Shown here: one piece after another, positions 48,634-58,563 of the stretch | Numbering within the stretch: the first letter of the stretch is position 1 | Layout: each line of letters opens with the position of its first letter | Source of the DNA: Niastella sp. | GTDB taxonomy: Bacteria; Bacteroidota; Bacteroidia; Chitinophagales; Chitinophagaceae | Reading direction: 5' to 3' | DNA length: 64,000 bases | Assembly: GCA_017744515.1 (NCBI GenBank) | Contig: JAGIBF010000006.1 | Location: 38,395 to 102,394, forward strand | Notes under the pieces: model-generated | The model's database searches: none | What the model was told of the DNA's origin: nothing | The model's input: only the letters and a program-made list of their open reading frames with translations | Program-made: the position numbers and the translations under genes

Positions 48634-49665
48634 ATGGAATACAGACTATTAGGCAATTCGGGACTGCAGGTACCAGTTTTAAGTTTTGGCACTGCCACTT
48701 TTGGCGGTGTTGGCGATTTCTTCAAAGCCTGGGGGACTACTCAGCAGGAGGAAGCTAATCGCATGGTGAGGCTGTGTATGGAAGCAGGGGTTAACTTTTT
48801 CGATACAGCCAATGTGTATTCGCGGGGTGTTGCGGAAGAAATACTCGGCAACGCTGTAAAGGGAATGCGCGACAAAGTGCTGATATCCACTAAAGCAACC
48901 TTTACGATGGGTGATGGCGCCAATGATTTCGGTTCCTCCCGCTTTCACCTCATCCGGTCGGTGGAGGATTCGCTTCGCCGTCTGCAAACTGATTATATCG
49001 ATATTTATCACATGCATGGTTTTGATGGCAATACGCCTGTAGATGAAACTTTGCGCACATTGGATACGCTGGTACAGCGTGGAAAGATCCGGTATATCGC
49101 CTGTTCCAACTTCTCGGGCTGGCACCTGATGAAATCGCTGTCTGTGTCGGAAAGGTATGGCTGGACAAAATACATTGCTCACCAGGCGTATTATTCTTTG
49201 CTTGACCGCGAGTTTGAATGGGAACTGATGCCGCTGGGTATCGATCAAAAGATCGGTACTATCGTGTGGAGCCCGCTGGCATCCGGACGCCTTGGTGGGA
49301 AATACCGTCGTAACCAGCCGCTGCCCAAGGAGAACCGCGTACAGCAAGGTGGTGGCCATGGTCCGGCGCTCAACGAGGAGTTCCTCTACCAGATCATGGA
49401 TGCACTGGATGAAGTGGCTGCAGAAACTGGTAAGTCGGTAGCGCAGGTAGCCATCAACTGGTTGCTGCAACGTCCTACTATTGCGAATATCATTATTGGA
49501 GCGCGCAATGAAGAACAGCTGCAACAGAATCTTGGGGCTATTGGGTGGAACCTGACAACAGAACAAGTGAAAAAGTTGGATGCAGCCAGTGATAGGGATC
49601 CTATCTATCCTTACTGGCATCAGCGTCAGAATGTGCGGTTGAATCCGCTGCCGAAGTTTTATTAG
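48634..49665 (+). CDS. Aldo/keto reductase
   Basis: FFDTANVY, ISTK, DYIDIYHMH, GKIRYIACSN. Confidence 0.95.
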   Translation: MEYRLLGNSGLQVPVLSFGTATFGGVGDFFKAWGTTQQEEANRMVRLCMEAGVNFFDTANVYSRGVAEEILGNAVKGMRDKVLISTKATFTMGDGANDFGSSRFHLIRSVEDSLRRLQTDYIDIYHMHGFDGNTPVDETLRTLDTLVQRGKIRYIACSNFSGWHLMKSLSVSERYGWTKYIAHQAYYSLLDREFEWELMPLGIDQKIGTIVWSPLASGRLGGKYRRNQPLPKENRVQQGGGHGPALNEEFLYQIMDALDEVAAETGKSVAQVAINWLLQRPTIANIIIGARNEEQLQQNLGAIGWNLTTEQVKKLDAASDRDPIYPYWHQRQNVRLNPLPKFY

Positions 49666-49718
49666 TTCACGAATTGTCCGGGAACACGAATTTAGAGCGA
49701 ATTACACGAATTAATACA

Positions 49719-49750
49719 AAAGCCGCTTCGGTGATGAAGCGGCTTTGTTA
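49719..49750. terminator. Bidirectional terminator
   Basis: AAAGCCGCTTC-GGTGAT-GAAGCGGCTTT. Confidence 0.85.
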
Positions 49751-49771
49751 TTTGTACTCGCCGGCGAGTGA

Positions 49772-50605
49772 TTATCCTATAGATTTTGCTACGCCGCGGA
49801 AGTAGCCGATCGATTCGGCCAAGCCGGCGAGCGGATCGGTCATGTCTTTTTCGAACTCTACGCTGCAGAGGCCCTGGTATTTTATTTTGTGCAGTGCTTT
49901 TACCAGCGCCGGGAAATCGATCACGCCCCTACCTACTTCAATGGCTTTACCATCTTTGGCTGCTACGCTTACATCTTTAATGTGCAGATCGAATATCCTG
50001 CTTTTGTACAGCCTGATTGCTTCTGCAGGATCCTCGCCGGCTCTAATAGAGTGACCGATATCAATACAGATACCCATCCTGGGGTCACGGTCTTTGATCA
50101 GGTCGTATACGTTCTTCGGTCCGGGATATAGTTTATCTTCTGGTCCGTGGTTGTGGATGGCCAGTTTGATGCCGGATGATTTCACTACGCTTTCTGTGTA
50201 GTCGAGGAGCTCGGGATTGGGTACACCAACGATGAGTGGTACTCCTACCTTTTTGGCGTAGGCGAAGGCTTCGTCCACCGCTTCTTTGGACTTCATATAT
50301 ATAACGCCTACTGCGTATACGTTGATACCGGCATCGGCAAACTGCTTCAGCACGCTCTGAATCTTTTCTTCATTGCTATTGAGGGGCAGGTGAAAGTCTT
50401 TTACGGAAATGTATTTCACATTCACCTTTTTCATCATAGCAATTGACTTTTCCAGATCGAATTTGGCAAATGTATACCCGGCAATACCGGTTAGTACGGG
50501 CGCCGGTTCTTTTTTAGCGGGTGCGGCATTTCCAACGAGGGGCAATGTAAATGTACCGGCGAGACCTAAAGCTGACTGTTGCAGGAAATTACGTCTTGAT
50601 GTCAT
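49772..50605 (-). CDS. Sugar phosphate isomerase/epimerase (TIM barrel) with a Tat-like signal
   Basis: SRRNFLQ; AIHNH, CIDIGH, HIKD, SVEFE. Confidence 0.9.
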   Translation of the reverse strand: MTSRRNFLQQSALGLAGTFTLPLVGNAAPAKKEPAPVLTGIAGYTFAKFDLEKSIAMMKKVNVKYISVKDFHLPLNSNEEKIQSVLKQFADAGINVYAVGVIYMKSKEAVDEAFAYAKKVGVPLIVGVPNPELLDYTESVVKSSGIKLAIHNHGPEDKLYPGPKNVYDLIKDRDPRMGICIDIGHSIRAGEDPAEAIRLYKSRIFDLHIKDVSVAAKDGKAIEVGRGVIDFPALVKALHKIKYQGLCSVEFEKDMTDPLAGLAESIGYFRGVAKSIG

Positions 50606-50879
50606 ATAGCTTATTTATGCAATTGATTGATATGGAACCCGGAAGATACGACAAACGGGTTTGCGCCAGATCAAATTTTCTATTACCCTGTATTAAAATC
50701 GATTAGCCTGTACTATTTGTTATTTATTTTAAGTATTTTTGTATCACCCTCGTAATTATCTCCATTTCTTCCTGTGTAAGCTACCGTGTTCAATTTTCTA
50801 TGTGTTAGCCACCGTTAGTTAACATTAGCTTCTCTCCACAACTGAACCTTATTGTCAGTAACCCTAAAACCTTTTTTGT

Positions 50880-51218
50880 ATGGAGATGTACTTACTATTG
50901 AAAATTCTCGTGCTTATCGCCCTGGGCGGTTTATTCATGTTGATGTTTTTTGCCGAAAGAATCAGGCTGAACAGTAAAGAAAAAGGAGGCCGGAATATCG
51001 TTATCCTTTTTGGCGTATGCCTTGCCGCCACGTTATTTTTCTCAGTGGTTTCCATGATCCTGCTCAATGAGAGTATCTCTGCGTCTTTGAACAATGACCT
51101 GATGCCTGTGGAGGCACAAATTTTCCTCTACCTCGGTATCCTGTCATTTGTTCCTGCTTTGATCGCTGCTCCCAAAGTGATGACTCTCCTGTTGAGGAGA
51201 AAGCAAAAGCATGCCTAA
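50880..51218 (+). CDS. Small 3-TM membrane protein
   Basis: Three hydrophobic segments and a basic tail. Confidence 0.65.
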   Translation: MEMYLLLKILVLIALGGLFMLMFFAERIRLNSKEKGGRNIVILFGVCLAATLFFSVVSMILLNESISASLNNDLMPVEAQIFLYLGILSFVPALIAAPKVMTLLLRRKQKHA

Positions 51219-51280
51219 GCAACCCGCAGGTAATAAATATTGTATTTTTGGTACTGCCGCCCTTAACCCGCGGCTTTACC

Positions 51281-51772
51281 ATGATCTTACAATCATTGAT
51301 AAAGCATAGGCTCATCATTTTATATGGTGTAGCATTGGCTGTTCTGCTGTTTTTACTGAAATGGCTGGAGCTTCGCTTTATCATTATGAACCATGCTTTT
51401 GAAGTATATGCCGGCGCTATTGCCGTGATCTTCACTGCCCTGGGTATCTGGCTGGCGCTCAAGCTCACCAAACCCAAGGTGACTACCGTAGTCGTAGAAA
51501 AGACAATCTATATCGATAAGGAAGTACCGGCCCCTTCCGGCATGGGGTTTACGCCTGATGGACAGGCCCTCAGCAAATCCGGTATCAGCAAACGGGAACT
51601 GGAAGTGCTGCAACTGATCGCCCAGGGGTTGAGCAACCAGGAGATCGCCGACCAGCTATTCGTTTCTCTCAATACTGTAAAGACGCATTCCTCCAACCTG
51701 TTCCTTAAACTGGACGTAAAACGGCGGACCCAAGCCATTGAAAGGGCCAAAAAGCTGAGTATCATACCCTAA
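51281..51772 (+). CDS. Membrane-anchored LuxR-type HTH regulator
   Basis: Two N-terminal TMs; [28 protein letters not shown]. Confidence 0.9.
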   Translation: MILQSLIKHRLIILYGVALAVLLFLLKWLELRFIIMNHAFEVYAGAIAVIFTALGIWLALKLTKPKVTTVVVEKTIYIDKEVPAPSGMGFTPDGQALSKSGISKRELEVLQLIAQGLSNQEIADQLFVSLNTVKTHSSNLFLKLDVKRRTQAIERAKKLSIIP

Positions 51773-51894
51773 AAGTGCTCACCTTTTGGGATGAAACTGC
51801 CCTATCCTACTCAAAATCACTCCAAAGTATGAGGTCCCGTAGCTGATTATGCTTCAAATTTGCCGGGTAACCTTCAATCAAAACTTACATCGAC

Positions 51895-52437
51895 ATGAAA
51901 AAGATCGTTTTAGTCTTTGGCCTTATTGCCGGGCTCATTGTAACCGGTATGATGGTATATGGTACACTCCAGATGAAGAATAATGAGCATTTTCAAGATA
52001 GCATGGTGCTGGGCTATACGACCATGGTGGTAGCCTTTTCGCTCATTTTTGTAGGTGTCAAGAATTTCCGGGACAAGCATAATAACGGTGTTATCTCTTT
52101 TGGCAAAGCGTTCCGGATCGGATTATATATTACATTAATTGCTTCTACCATGTATGTGGGGGCATGGCTGATAGAGTATTATTTCTTCTTTCCTGATTTT
52201 ACGGAGAAATACACAGCCTGTGTGATAAAGGATGCTAAAAAAAGTGGAGCTACTCAGGTGGAATTGAATGCCAAGATGGCCGAAATGGCCCAGATGCAGG
52301 AAATGTACAAGAACCCACTATTCGTGGTATTGTTCACTTACCTGGAGATATTTCCTGTTGGGTTGATCATTACGCTGATCTGCGCCTTTTTGCTAAAGAA
52401 AAAGCGTAAACCGGAAGATCAATTTCTTGCCTCGTAA
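51895..52437 (+). CDS. DUF4199-like membrane protein
   Basis: GVKNFRDK..GVISFGKAF pattern; 4 TMs. Confidence 0.8.
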   Translation: MKKIVLVFGLIAGLIVTGMMVYGTLQMKNNEHFQDSMVLGYTTMVVAFSLIFVGVKNFRDKHNNGVISFGKAFRIGLYITLIASTMYVGAWLIEYYFFFPDFTEKYTACVIKDAKKSGATQVELNAKMAEMAQMQEMYKNPLFVVLFTYLEIFPVGLIITLICAFLLKKKRKPEDQFLAS

Positions 52438-52775
52438 AGGGCAAGTGGTAAATGGCGAGCAGCGAGTGGGGCGCCTGGAATCGGGAGTAAATTTTATGGG
52501 CTACCTGCTCATGCTGCCCACCATTTACTATTTATGTTCATTGATGCTTTTGCGTTTGTCATTTTTCATATTCTATCTGTTGCCACTTACCTACTACTTT
52601 CGATGGATTAAATCCTTTTAATCCGGGTCTGACTTTATCATTCCTTTAAGACTCTCCGCGCAGCTTTTTCATACTTTTGCTGTTCCCCCTACGATCTGTT
52701 ACGAACCTTTCTATCAAAATTCACCTCTCCAATTCAACTGCCGGGAATTCCATTTTATTATTAAAAACGCTTGTA

Positions 52776-53522
52776 ATGAACAAAGTTTTGTTTTATCTCC
52801 GCAGGAGTATGATCCCTGTGATTGCAGTTGTATCGTCGGGTCTGTTGTTTACAGCTTGTTTAAAGGATAGTGATTATAATAACCCCGACATTCCTGCTGC
52901 AGGTCTGTTGTCTTTCAACCTGGCCCCGGACCAATCGGGTATGGTGATCAGACTTTCGGGTAATAGTCTTACGCGTGAACCATTGTCGTACACTGGTTTT
53001 ACCGGCAACTATCAGAACATTTACGTTGGCGACCGCAACATCGAGGCTTTCAATTACAACAGTAGCAACCGGCTTACTTCCAGCAGCTACAATTTTGAAA
53101 AGGACAAGTATTATTCGTTGTTTGTAACCGGTAATAATGGTGCTTACCGCAACATTGTGTCTGTCGACAACTTCGATAGTTTGTCTGCCTCATCTGGAAA
53201 GGCTTATGTTCGCTACATCAATGCTATTACCGATTCAGTAAACGCTTCTACTGTTACTATTGCCGCTGGCGGCAGCAATGTGGTGAATGACAACGCTGCT
53301 TATGGTGCAGTTGGAGAATTTACAGCTGTGACGCCGGGTAGTATCACCATTGCTGTAAAGAATAACAATGGTGTCGATGCCAACCGCAGCATCAATGTAG
53401 AGCAGAAAAAGGCTTATACCGTTCTGCTGATCGGTGTGCCAGGCGCTACCGACGAGGACAAGAAAGTGCAGATCAAATTCATCAACAATGGAACTTTGGC
53501 TGACAGTACTGCGAACCAGTAA
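52776..53522 (+). CDS. DUF4397-like lipoprotein
   Basis: Lipobox FTAC; FNLAPD and YVRYINA repeats; -7 box at 52672-52679. Confidence 0.8.
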   Translation: MNKVLFYLRRSMIPVIAVVSSGLLFTACLKDSDYNNPDIPAAGLLSFNLAPDQSGMVIRLSGNSLTREPLSYTGFTGNYQNIYVGDRNIEAFNYNSSNRLTSSSYNFEKDKYYSLFVTGNNGAYRNIVSVDNFDSLSASSGKAYVRYINAITDSVNASTVTIAAGGSNVVNDNAAYGAVGEFTAVTPGSITIAVKNNNGVDANRSINVEQKKAYTVLLIGVPGATDEDKKVQIKFINNGTLADSTANQ

Positions 53523-53551
53523 CCCCGTATAATAAGATCCAATATACATCG

Positions 53552-53576
53552 AAGCCCTCCGCTGTGCGGAGGGCTT
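53552..53576. terminator. Terminator hairpin between convergent genes
   Basis: AAGCCCTCCGC-TGT-GCGGAGGGCTT. Confidence 0.8.
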
Positions 53577-53598
53577 ATTAGTTTACAGGATATTCTAC

Positions 53599-53643
53599 CA
53601 GGGTGAGCCATCCTTTGACCCTTCGACAAGCTCAGGGTGACAA
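53599..53643. repeat. REP family 2 copy preceded by a partial CAGGGTGAGCC unit
   Basis: CAGGGTGAGCC 53599-53609; CCCTTCGACAAGCTCAGGGTGACAA 53619-53643. Confidence 0.8.
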
Positions 53644-53685
53644 GGAAGGGTCACTAATCAAGGTGGCGACATTTAGGACGTCGCT

Positions 53686-54189
53686 TTATCCTCTATCCCA
53701 GAAGAAGGGTGGTTCGATGCCCAGTGAGCGGAGGTATACGTATCCCTGGCCGCGGTGGTGGTTTTCGTTGTCCAGCCAATACAGTGTGCTGCTGTATACC
53801 GGTTGTTCGTATTGTCCAAGGGCAGCATCTACTTCCTGCCAGCGGTCTGATTCTATTTGTCTCCAGTATTCATTGAGGTATATGGTAGCCGCATCCCACA
53901 ATTCCAAAATGCCTTCTTTGGTTTTGGGTTGCGTGTCGCCTGTGTAGAGATCTTTCAATTCTTTCCATTCGCCGGTGGCGGTTCCGTATATCCCTATAAA
54001 TGTCAGTGTTATCAACTCCATGGCCAGGTCTGAAAAAGGACGCATGCCTCCAATGGAATAAGTAAATAGTTTGTCTTCTGGAAATGCTTCTATCACGCGC
54101 CGGGTAAGGCCGCGGTGGCCTTGCCAGTGGGCTAATAATTGTTCGGGTGTAACGATTACTGTGGCAGTACTGATGGCGTTTGCTTGCAT
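53686..54189 (-). CDS. DinB/YfiT-family protein
   Basis: GMRPFS, ENHHRGQ.YVYLR. Confidence 0.9.
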   Translation of the reverse strand: MQANAISTATVIVTPEQLLAHWQGHRGLTRRVIEAFPEDKLFTYSIGGMRPFSDLAMELITLTFIGIYGTATGEWKELKDLYTGDTQPKTKEGILELWDAATIYLNEYWRQIESDRWQEVDAALGQYEQPVYSSTLYWLDNENHHRGQGYVYLRSLGIEPPFFWDRG

Positions 54190-54322
54190 ATTGATTGAGT
54201 TTTGTTACCTCAAAGAAACATGGGGGTAGTGACAGCCCTATGTCAGCATTGACAAGCGTATTCAAAATAAATTTCAGAAAGTCTTATTTCTGTCTGCGGA
54301 GTAGGTTTGCGACCCTGACAGG

Positions 54323-55339
54323 TTAGTAGGGCATGGATGGCACTTTTAGTACCAGTTCTCCTTCGAGGTTGATCTGGGTGATGCTGTTGCGCTTTTCGAT
54401 GGCTTCGAGCAGCAAGCGGGTGGCCAGGCGGCCTATTTCGTGCAAGGGTTGTTTGATATAGGCAAAGGGGGCATGAAAGAACTCCAGGGCTTCTGTTTCA
54501 TCGAAGTTGACGATCATGAGATCGTCGGGAATCTTTATTGGCATAGCGCTGATGCATTTCAATCCTGCCACGGCAAGGTTATTGGCGCCAAACAGCAGGC
54601 CATCTACCGGATCAGGACCAGATAGCAGCGTCTGTATGGCTTTCTCCACCGCTGCTTTTTCTACTTTGATATTGACTTCTTTTACGAGGTTCTTTGGCGC
54701 CGGGAGTTTGTGTTGTTTCAATGCGGCTGTATATCCTCTTTTACGTTCCTGCAGGGTAAACACTTCGGTATCGTACGTGATCATACCAATTCTTTTGCGA
54801 CCGGCTTTGATCAGGTATTCTACTCCTTTGAGTGCAGCTCCGTAGTTGTCGAGCGCTACGTGATTGGTTTTGATCTCTGGAAAATAACGATCGACCAATA
54901 CAAAGGGGATTTGCTGTTGTTGCAGGTAAAGTACCTGGTGCTCAGCGAAGGCAGGCAGCGCAATGATGAGCCCATCCACCTGCCTGTCCAATAGGGTATC
55001 AATGAGCTTACCTGACTTGCCTGCATTTTCATCGGAGCTACTGAAGATCACCGTGTATTGGTGCTGTTCTGCTTCGTCTTCGATAATGCGCGCGAGGCCG
55101 GAGGAGAAAGGGTTGGCGATGTCCGATACGATCAGGCCGATCGTGTAAGTTTTATTCGTTTTGAGGCTACGTGCAACCTGATTGGTCCGGTAGTTCATTG
55201 CAGCGGCAGCATCGCGGATACGTTGCGCCAATTCCTTCGACACCCTGTTCTCCCGTTTGTTGTTCAACACATAGGAAACAAGGGCCGTAGAAACACCCAC
55301 TTTCTGGGCAATATCCTTTAAAGATACCTTCCGCTCCAT
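54323..55339 (-). CDS. LacI-family transcriptional regulator
   Basis: SLKDIAQKVGVSTALVSYVLN HTH; ARSL hinge; periplasmic-binding-fold domain. Confidence 0.95.
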   Translation of the reverse strand: MERKVSLKDIAQKVGVSTALVSYVLNNKRENRVSKELAQRIRDAAAAMNYRTNQVARSLKTNKTYTIGLIVSDIANPFSSGLARIIEDEAEQHQYTVIFSSSDENAGKSGKLIDTLLDRQVDGLIIALPAFAEHQVLYLQQQQIPFVLVDRYFPEIKTNHVALDNYGAALKGVEYLIKAGRKRIGMITYDTEVFTLQERKRGYTAALKQHKLPAPKNLVKEVNIKVEKAAVEKAIQTLLSGPDPVDGLLFGANNLAVAGLKCISAMPIKIPDDLMIVNFDETEALEFFHAPFAYIKQPLHEIGRLATRLLLEAIEKRNSITQINLEGELVLKVPSMPY

Positions 55340-55463
55340 AGCAGCTACTAAAATACGTTAAAGCTTTAACCAATCCGAATAATGCAAATATATGTCTATC
55401 AACCACCTATACATGCCTCTTTTGTTAAAGGGCCATTAATAATCTTTTAATTAGCCGCTTAGC

Positions 55464-55479
55464 GGTTAAACGTTTAACC
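55464..55479. promoter_or_regulatory. LacI-type operator (perfect 16-bp palindrome with central CG)
   Basis: GGTTAAACGTTTAACC, just upstream of the -7 box TAACTTTG (55489-55496); related palindrome GTTAAAGCTTTAAC at 55357-55370. Confidence 0.75.
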
Positions 55480-55588
55480 AGATAGTTGTAACTTTGTGTT
55501 TTCTAAATCACATTTAATGATAGCCTGTGCTTGCCAACCACTGTTACTGTGGGCAGGAACAGGTTATTAAAATTTAAAGCCAGTGTGT

Positions 55589-55879
55589 ATGGAAACTGTA
55601 ACTAATGTGGGGCTCATTGAATGCAATACGTCTATCGAGTCATTCAAAACGGAAACGCTTGGTGAAGCTGGTGGGTTTCGCCTGAAAAAGGTGATGGTAC
55701 CCAATGTGTCGGCCGAAATTACCCGGTTGCATTATCCGCAATCTGAAATTGTACAGGACAAACGCGCTATTATAGAAGATGCGAGTATAGATCTCATAGT
55801 AATATCAGGGGTGGCGAAAGGTGACCTTGATCTGGTGGCTGAAGTTGTGCAAACAGGCAAGCACGTGCGGATCGTTTAG
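55589..55879 (+). CDS. Stand-alone degenerate Gfo/Idh/MocA N-terminal (Rossmann)-like protein
   Basis: YPQSEIV...IIED.SIDLIVI...GKHV resembles the GFO N-domain; stops before EKP. Confidence 0.6.
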   Translation: METVTNVGLIECNTSIESFKTETLGEAGGFRLKKVMVPNVSAEITRLHYPQSEIVQDKRAIIEDASIDLIVISGVAKGDLDLVAEVVQTGKHVRIV

Positions 55880-55966
55880 TGTGTTGCTGGTTTTGTTTAC
55901 CTGTAAGATTGATAAGATATTACCTATGGGAACCGGGCCTAAGATCACATGAGTCCCTCTACACGA

Positions 55967-55996
55967 ATGCCTCGCCACTGCGGGGCATTTTTTGTT
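55967..55996 (+). terminator. Intrinsic terminator
   Basis: ATGCCTCGC-CACT-GCGGGGCAT followed by TTTTTG. Confidence 0.75.
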
Positions 55997-56014
55997 CTTT
56001 AGTTAAATTCTGTA

Positions 56015-56055
56015 GTTGCCCGACCTGGATTCGAACCAAGGCAAACGGAACCAAA
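56015..56055 (-). pseudogene. 3' half of a tRNA-Gln(TTG)-like sequence (att-site remnant or decayed tRNA)
   Basis: Minus strand TTTGGT-TCCGT-TTGC-CTTGG-TTCGAAT-CCAGG-TCGGGCA-AC: anticodon loop from U33, intact T-arm and 3' acceptor strand; no complementary 5' half. Confidence 0.75.
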
Positions 56056-56088
56056 TTGTCGCAGGATCATTACGCTTAAACGCAATAT

Positions 56089-57342
56089 ATGAAACAATCG
56101 AACTTTTTAAACACCCTTAAACCCGGTTTACTGACGTTAACGCTTGGCGGTGTGGTAGTGGGTATGACGGAATTTATGATGATGGGTGTGTTGCCTGATG
56201 TGGCTACTTCGCTGTCTATTTCCATTCCTTCGGCTGGCCACCTTATATCAATTTACGCTTTGGGTGTAGTGATCGGTGCGCCACTGATGACTGCCCTGAC
56301 GGGCAAGTACCCGCCGCGTCTTGTTCTCATGTCGATGATGGGCATGTTTGCTTTGTTCAATACTTTGTTTGCGTTGTCGCCCAGCTATCCTTTATTACTC
56401 GTATCGCGTTTATTTGCTGGCCTGCCTCATGGCGCTTTCTTTGGGATGGGTGCTGTAGCAGCCAGCAGGATGGCAGCACCGGGCAGGGAAGCAAGGGCTG
56501 TATCGATGATGTTTGCTGGTCTTACCATCGCCAATATTGCCGGTGTGCCGCTGGGCACGTGGATGTCGCACGCGATTGGCTGGCGCTATGCTTTTGGCGC
56601 TATTGCTGTGATCGCCGTGATAGCAGCACTGAGTATCAGGAGATGGATGCCTGATCTTGCTCCGGCTCCCGACGCAGGTTTTGGCAAAAGTATCAAGGTG
56701 TTCAAACAAATAGATATCTGGCTCATCATCGGTATTTCCAGTATTGGTACCGGTGGTCTTTTTGCCTGGATCAGTTATATTGCTCCGTTGATGACCAATG
56801 TAGCCGGATTCAGCAGCGGCAGCATCAGTAGTATCATGATCGTTGCCGGCCTGGGTATGGCATTCGGGAATTTTGTAGGTGGCAGGCTTGCCGACCGGTT
56901 CTCTCCTCTGAAAACAACCGGTTCTTTGCTGCTGGCTATGATCGGCGCTTTGATCATCGTCTCATTTACCAGTTATTATAAAGTGCCGGCCATCGGCATG
57001 ACTTTCATTACCGGCGCGATCGCTTTTGCTGTTATTGCACCTATGCAGATGCTCATGATCAATGCTGCCAAGGGGGCTGAAATGCTGGCTTCATCGGCGC
57101 TGCAAGCCAGTGCCAATATGGGTAATGCGCTGGGCGCTTACCTGGGTGGGCTGCCTATTGCAGCTGGCTTTGGCTATACTTCTCCTGAATATGTAGGTGC
57201 CGGCCTCGCGCTCACTGGTTTTATCCTTTGTATGGTGCTTGCCCAACAGCGAAAGAGCCCCGCTCCTCTCTCCCATCCGGAAGGTAAAGTGAAGGCTCAT
57301 TCTCCGTTGAAAGAAACCAGTTACGAAAACAGTGTTTCTTAA
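56089..57342 (+). CDS. MFS transporter (AraJ/DHA1-like)
   Basis: TEFMMMGVLP, YALGVVIGAP, GLPHGAFFG; 12 TMs. Confidence 0.95.
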   Translation: MKQSNFLNTLKPGLLTLTLGGVVVGMTEFMMMGVLPDVATSLSISIPSAGHLISIYALGVVIGAPLMTALTGKYPPRLVLMSMMGMFALFNTLFALSPSYPLLLVSRLFAGLPHGAFFGMGAVAASRMAAPGREARAVSMMFAGLTIANIAGVPLGTWMSHAIGWRYAFGAIAVIAVIAALSIRRWMPDLAPAPDAGFGKSIKVFKQIDIWLIIGISSIGTGGLFAWISYIAPLMTNVAGFSSGSISSIMIVAGLGMAFGNFVGGRLADRFSPLKTTGSLLLAMIGALIIVSFTSYYKVPAIGMTFITGAIAFAVIAPMQMLMINAAKGAEMLASSALQASANMGNALGAYLGGLPIAAGFGYTSPEYVGAGLALTGFILCMVLAQQRKSPAPLSHPEGKVKAHSPLKETSYENSVS

Positions 57343-57365
57343 TTAGTATGTGTTAGCATCGTTGG

Positions 57366-57917
57366 CTACACTGTAGCCATAGTTACGTGCTTATAAATAT
57401 TTTTCAGCTGAAGTGTATGTCTGCGGCCATGGCAGATGGCAAAGGTTATCAACTCCCAACGTGTAAGTTCACCAATACCGGGAAAAGGAAAATCGGTGCA
57501 GGTTAGTGTCAGGTCCATTGTTCGGGCCTTCATGGCTATTTCGTCCAGGCAAGCTCTGAAGCTGTTCAGCATTTCATTCCTGTCGTGTGGCCCATCTGAT
57601 GGAAGAATGAAGTCGGGTGATTTCATTTTGGTATCGAAGTCCAGGAATATGGATTCTATCGTTATCACGTGTTCATCTGCTTTTCTTTCTGTTGTTGGTT
57701 TGGTATTCCCATTCATCAGTTGGGGTATTCCTTCTATTGATTTCAATAAATGTTCCGACACTTGTCCGGCGGTCCAGCTTCCTGCAAATGGCAGTTTATT
57801 GAATTGCTGCTGGCTGAAGCCTGCAATGATCTGCAAGAGTTCACGGGCTGTGATGTCTAATTCCTTCAATAACTTGTTCAGGTCGTTGATGGGCAGGTCT
57901 ATGTAATTTACTGGCAT
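57366..57917 (-). CDS. DinB-family protein
   Basis: GSWTAGQVSEHL, CHGRRHTLQ. Confidence 0.85.
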   Translation of the reverse strand: MPVNYIDLPINDLNKLLKELDITARELLQIIAGFSQQQFNKLPFAGSWTAGQVSEHLLKSIEGIPQLMNGNTKPTTERKADEHVITIESIFLDFDTKMKSPDFILPSDGPHDRNEMLNSFRACLDEIAMKARTMDLTLTCTDFPFPGIGELTRWELITFAICHGRRHTLQLKNIYKHVTMATV

Positions 57918-58020
57918 ATACTTTGTTTTTTCATGAATTTGATGGTGTAAACTTACTGGCTATTCTTGTTTTAGGGCGTGTGCCGTTACGACAAATAAGC
58001 GGGGGGAATGCGGCTTTTTT

Positions 58021-58069
58021 GAGTATAGAGTATAGAGTTCAGAGTCGAGAGTCTTGAGTTTAGGGTATG
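58021..58069. repeat. Degenerate heptamer tandem array (GAGTATA-like x7)
   Basis: GAGTATA GAGTATA GAGTTCA GAGTCGA GAGTCTT GAGTTTA GGGTATG. Confidence 0.8.
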
Positions 58070-58194
58070 GCATCAACCGTCTCAAGTCGCATCTGGCCCT
58101 TGTAGCATACTTTCCTCACTACAGCTATTCACTTCCTTTAGTGGTGCAGGTACGAGAATTGTGCCACTGATAGCTACACAAATATCATATTATC

Positions 58195-58383
58195 ATGAGA
58201 CAACATAATAATGGCCGTGCTACTGAAGAAAAGTTCCGTGAGCCGGAAAATAAAGACAAGCAGGGTGTAGATAAAGCTCCAGGTGAAGAAAAAGGTAAAG
58301 GTGAAAAAGTAACCGAGAAAGATCTTAAAGGCAAGAAGGTAGATGCCGATCCGGAAAAGAAAGAGGACCAGCCTGCTCAGTGA
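58195..58383 (+). CDS. Small hydrophilic (Lys/Glu-rich) hypothetical protein
   Basis: 62-aa ORF with an A-rich initiation region and stress-protein-like composition. Confidence 0.6.
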   Translation: MRQHNNGRATEEKFREPENKDKQGVDKAPGEEKGKGEKVTEKDLKGKKVDADPEKKEDQPAQ

Positions 58384-58406
58384 TCTGAAACATAAGTTAT
58401 ATAGCA

Positions 58407-58514
58407 CAGGGTGAGCCGCTCCTGCTGGGCAGGACAAGCTCTTTGAGGGCGACCCGCCCTGAGTGTTGCAAGATTTAGTCTTCTAAAGCGCCTTCGACAA
58501 GCTCAGGCTGACAG
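58407..58514. repeat. Composite repeat: CAGGGTGAGCC...GAGGGCGACCCGCCCTG + REP family 2
   Basis: Same ends as 45227-45261 with an internal insert; CCTTCGACAAGCTCAGGCTGACAG at 58491-58514. Confidence 0.8.
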
Positions 58515-58563
58515 AGGGTTTGCTGGCATATGATTTAAGGTGTTATGAATAAATCTTTCCTTT

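Noticed and set aside
48679-49620. 313-aa minus-strand ORF
   Set aside because: Antisense to the aldo/keto reductase, a family prone to open antisense frames
56015-56090. Intact tRNA-Gln gene
   Set aside because: The 5' acceptor and anticodon-stem strands do not pair with the 3' half; kept only as a fragment
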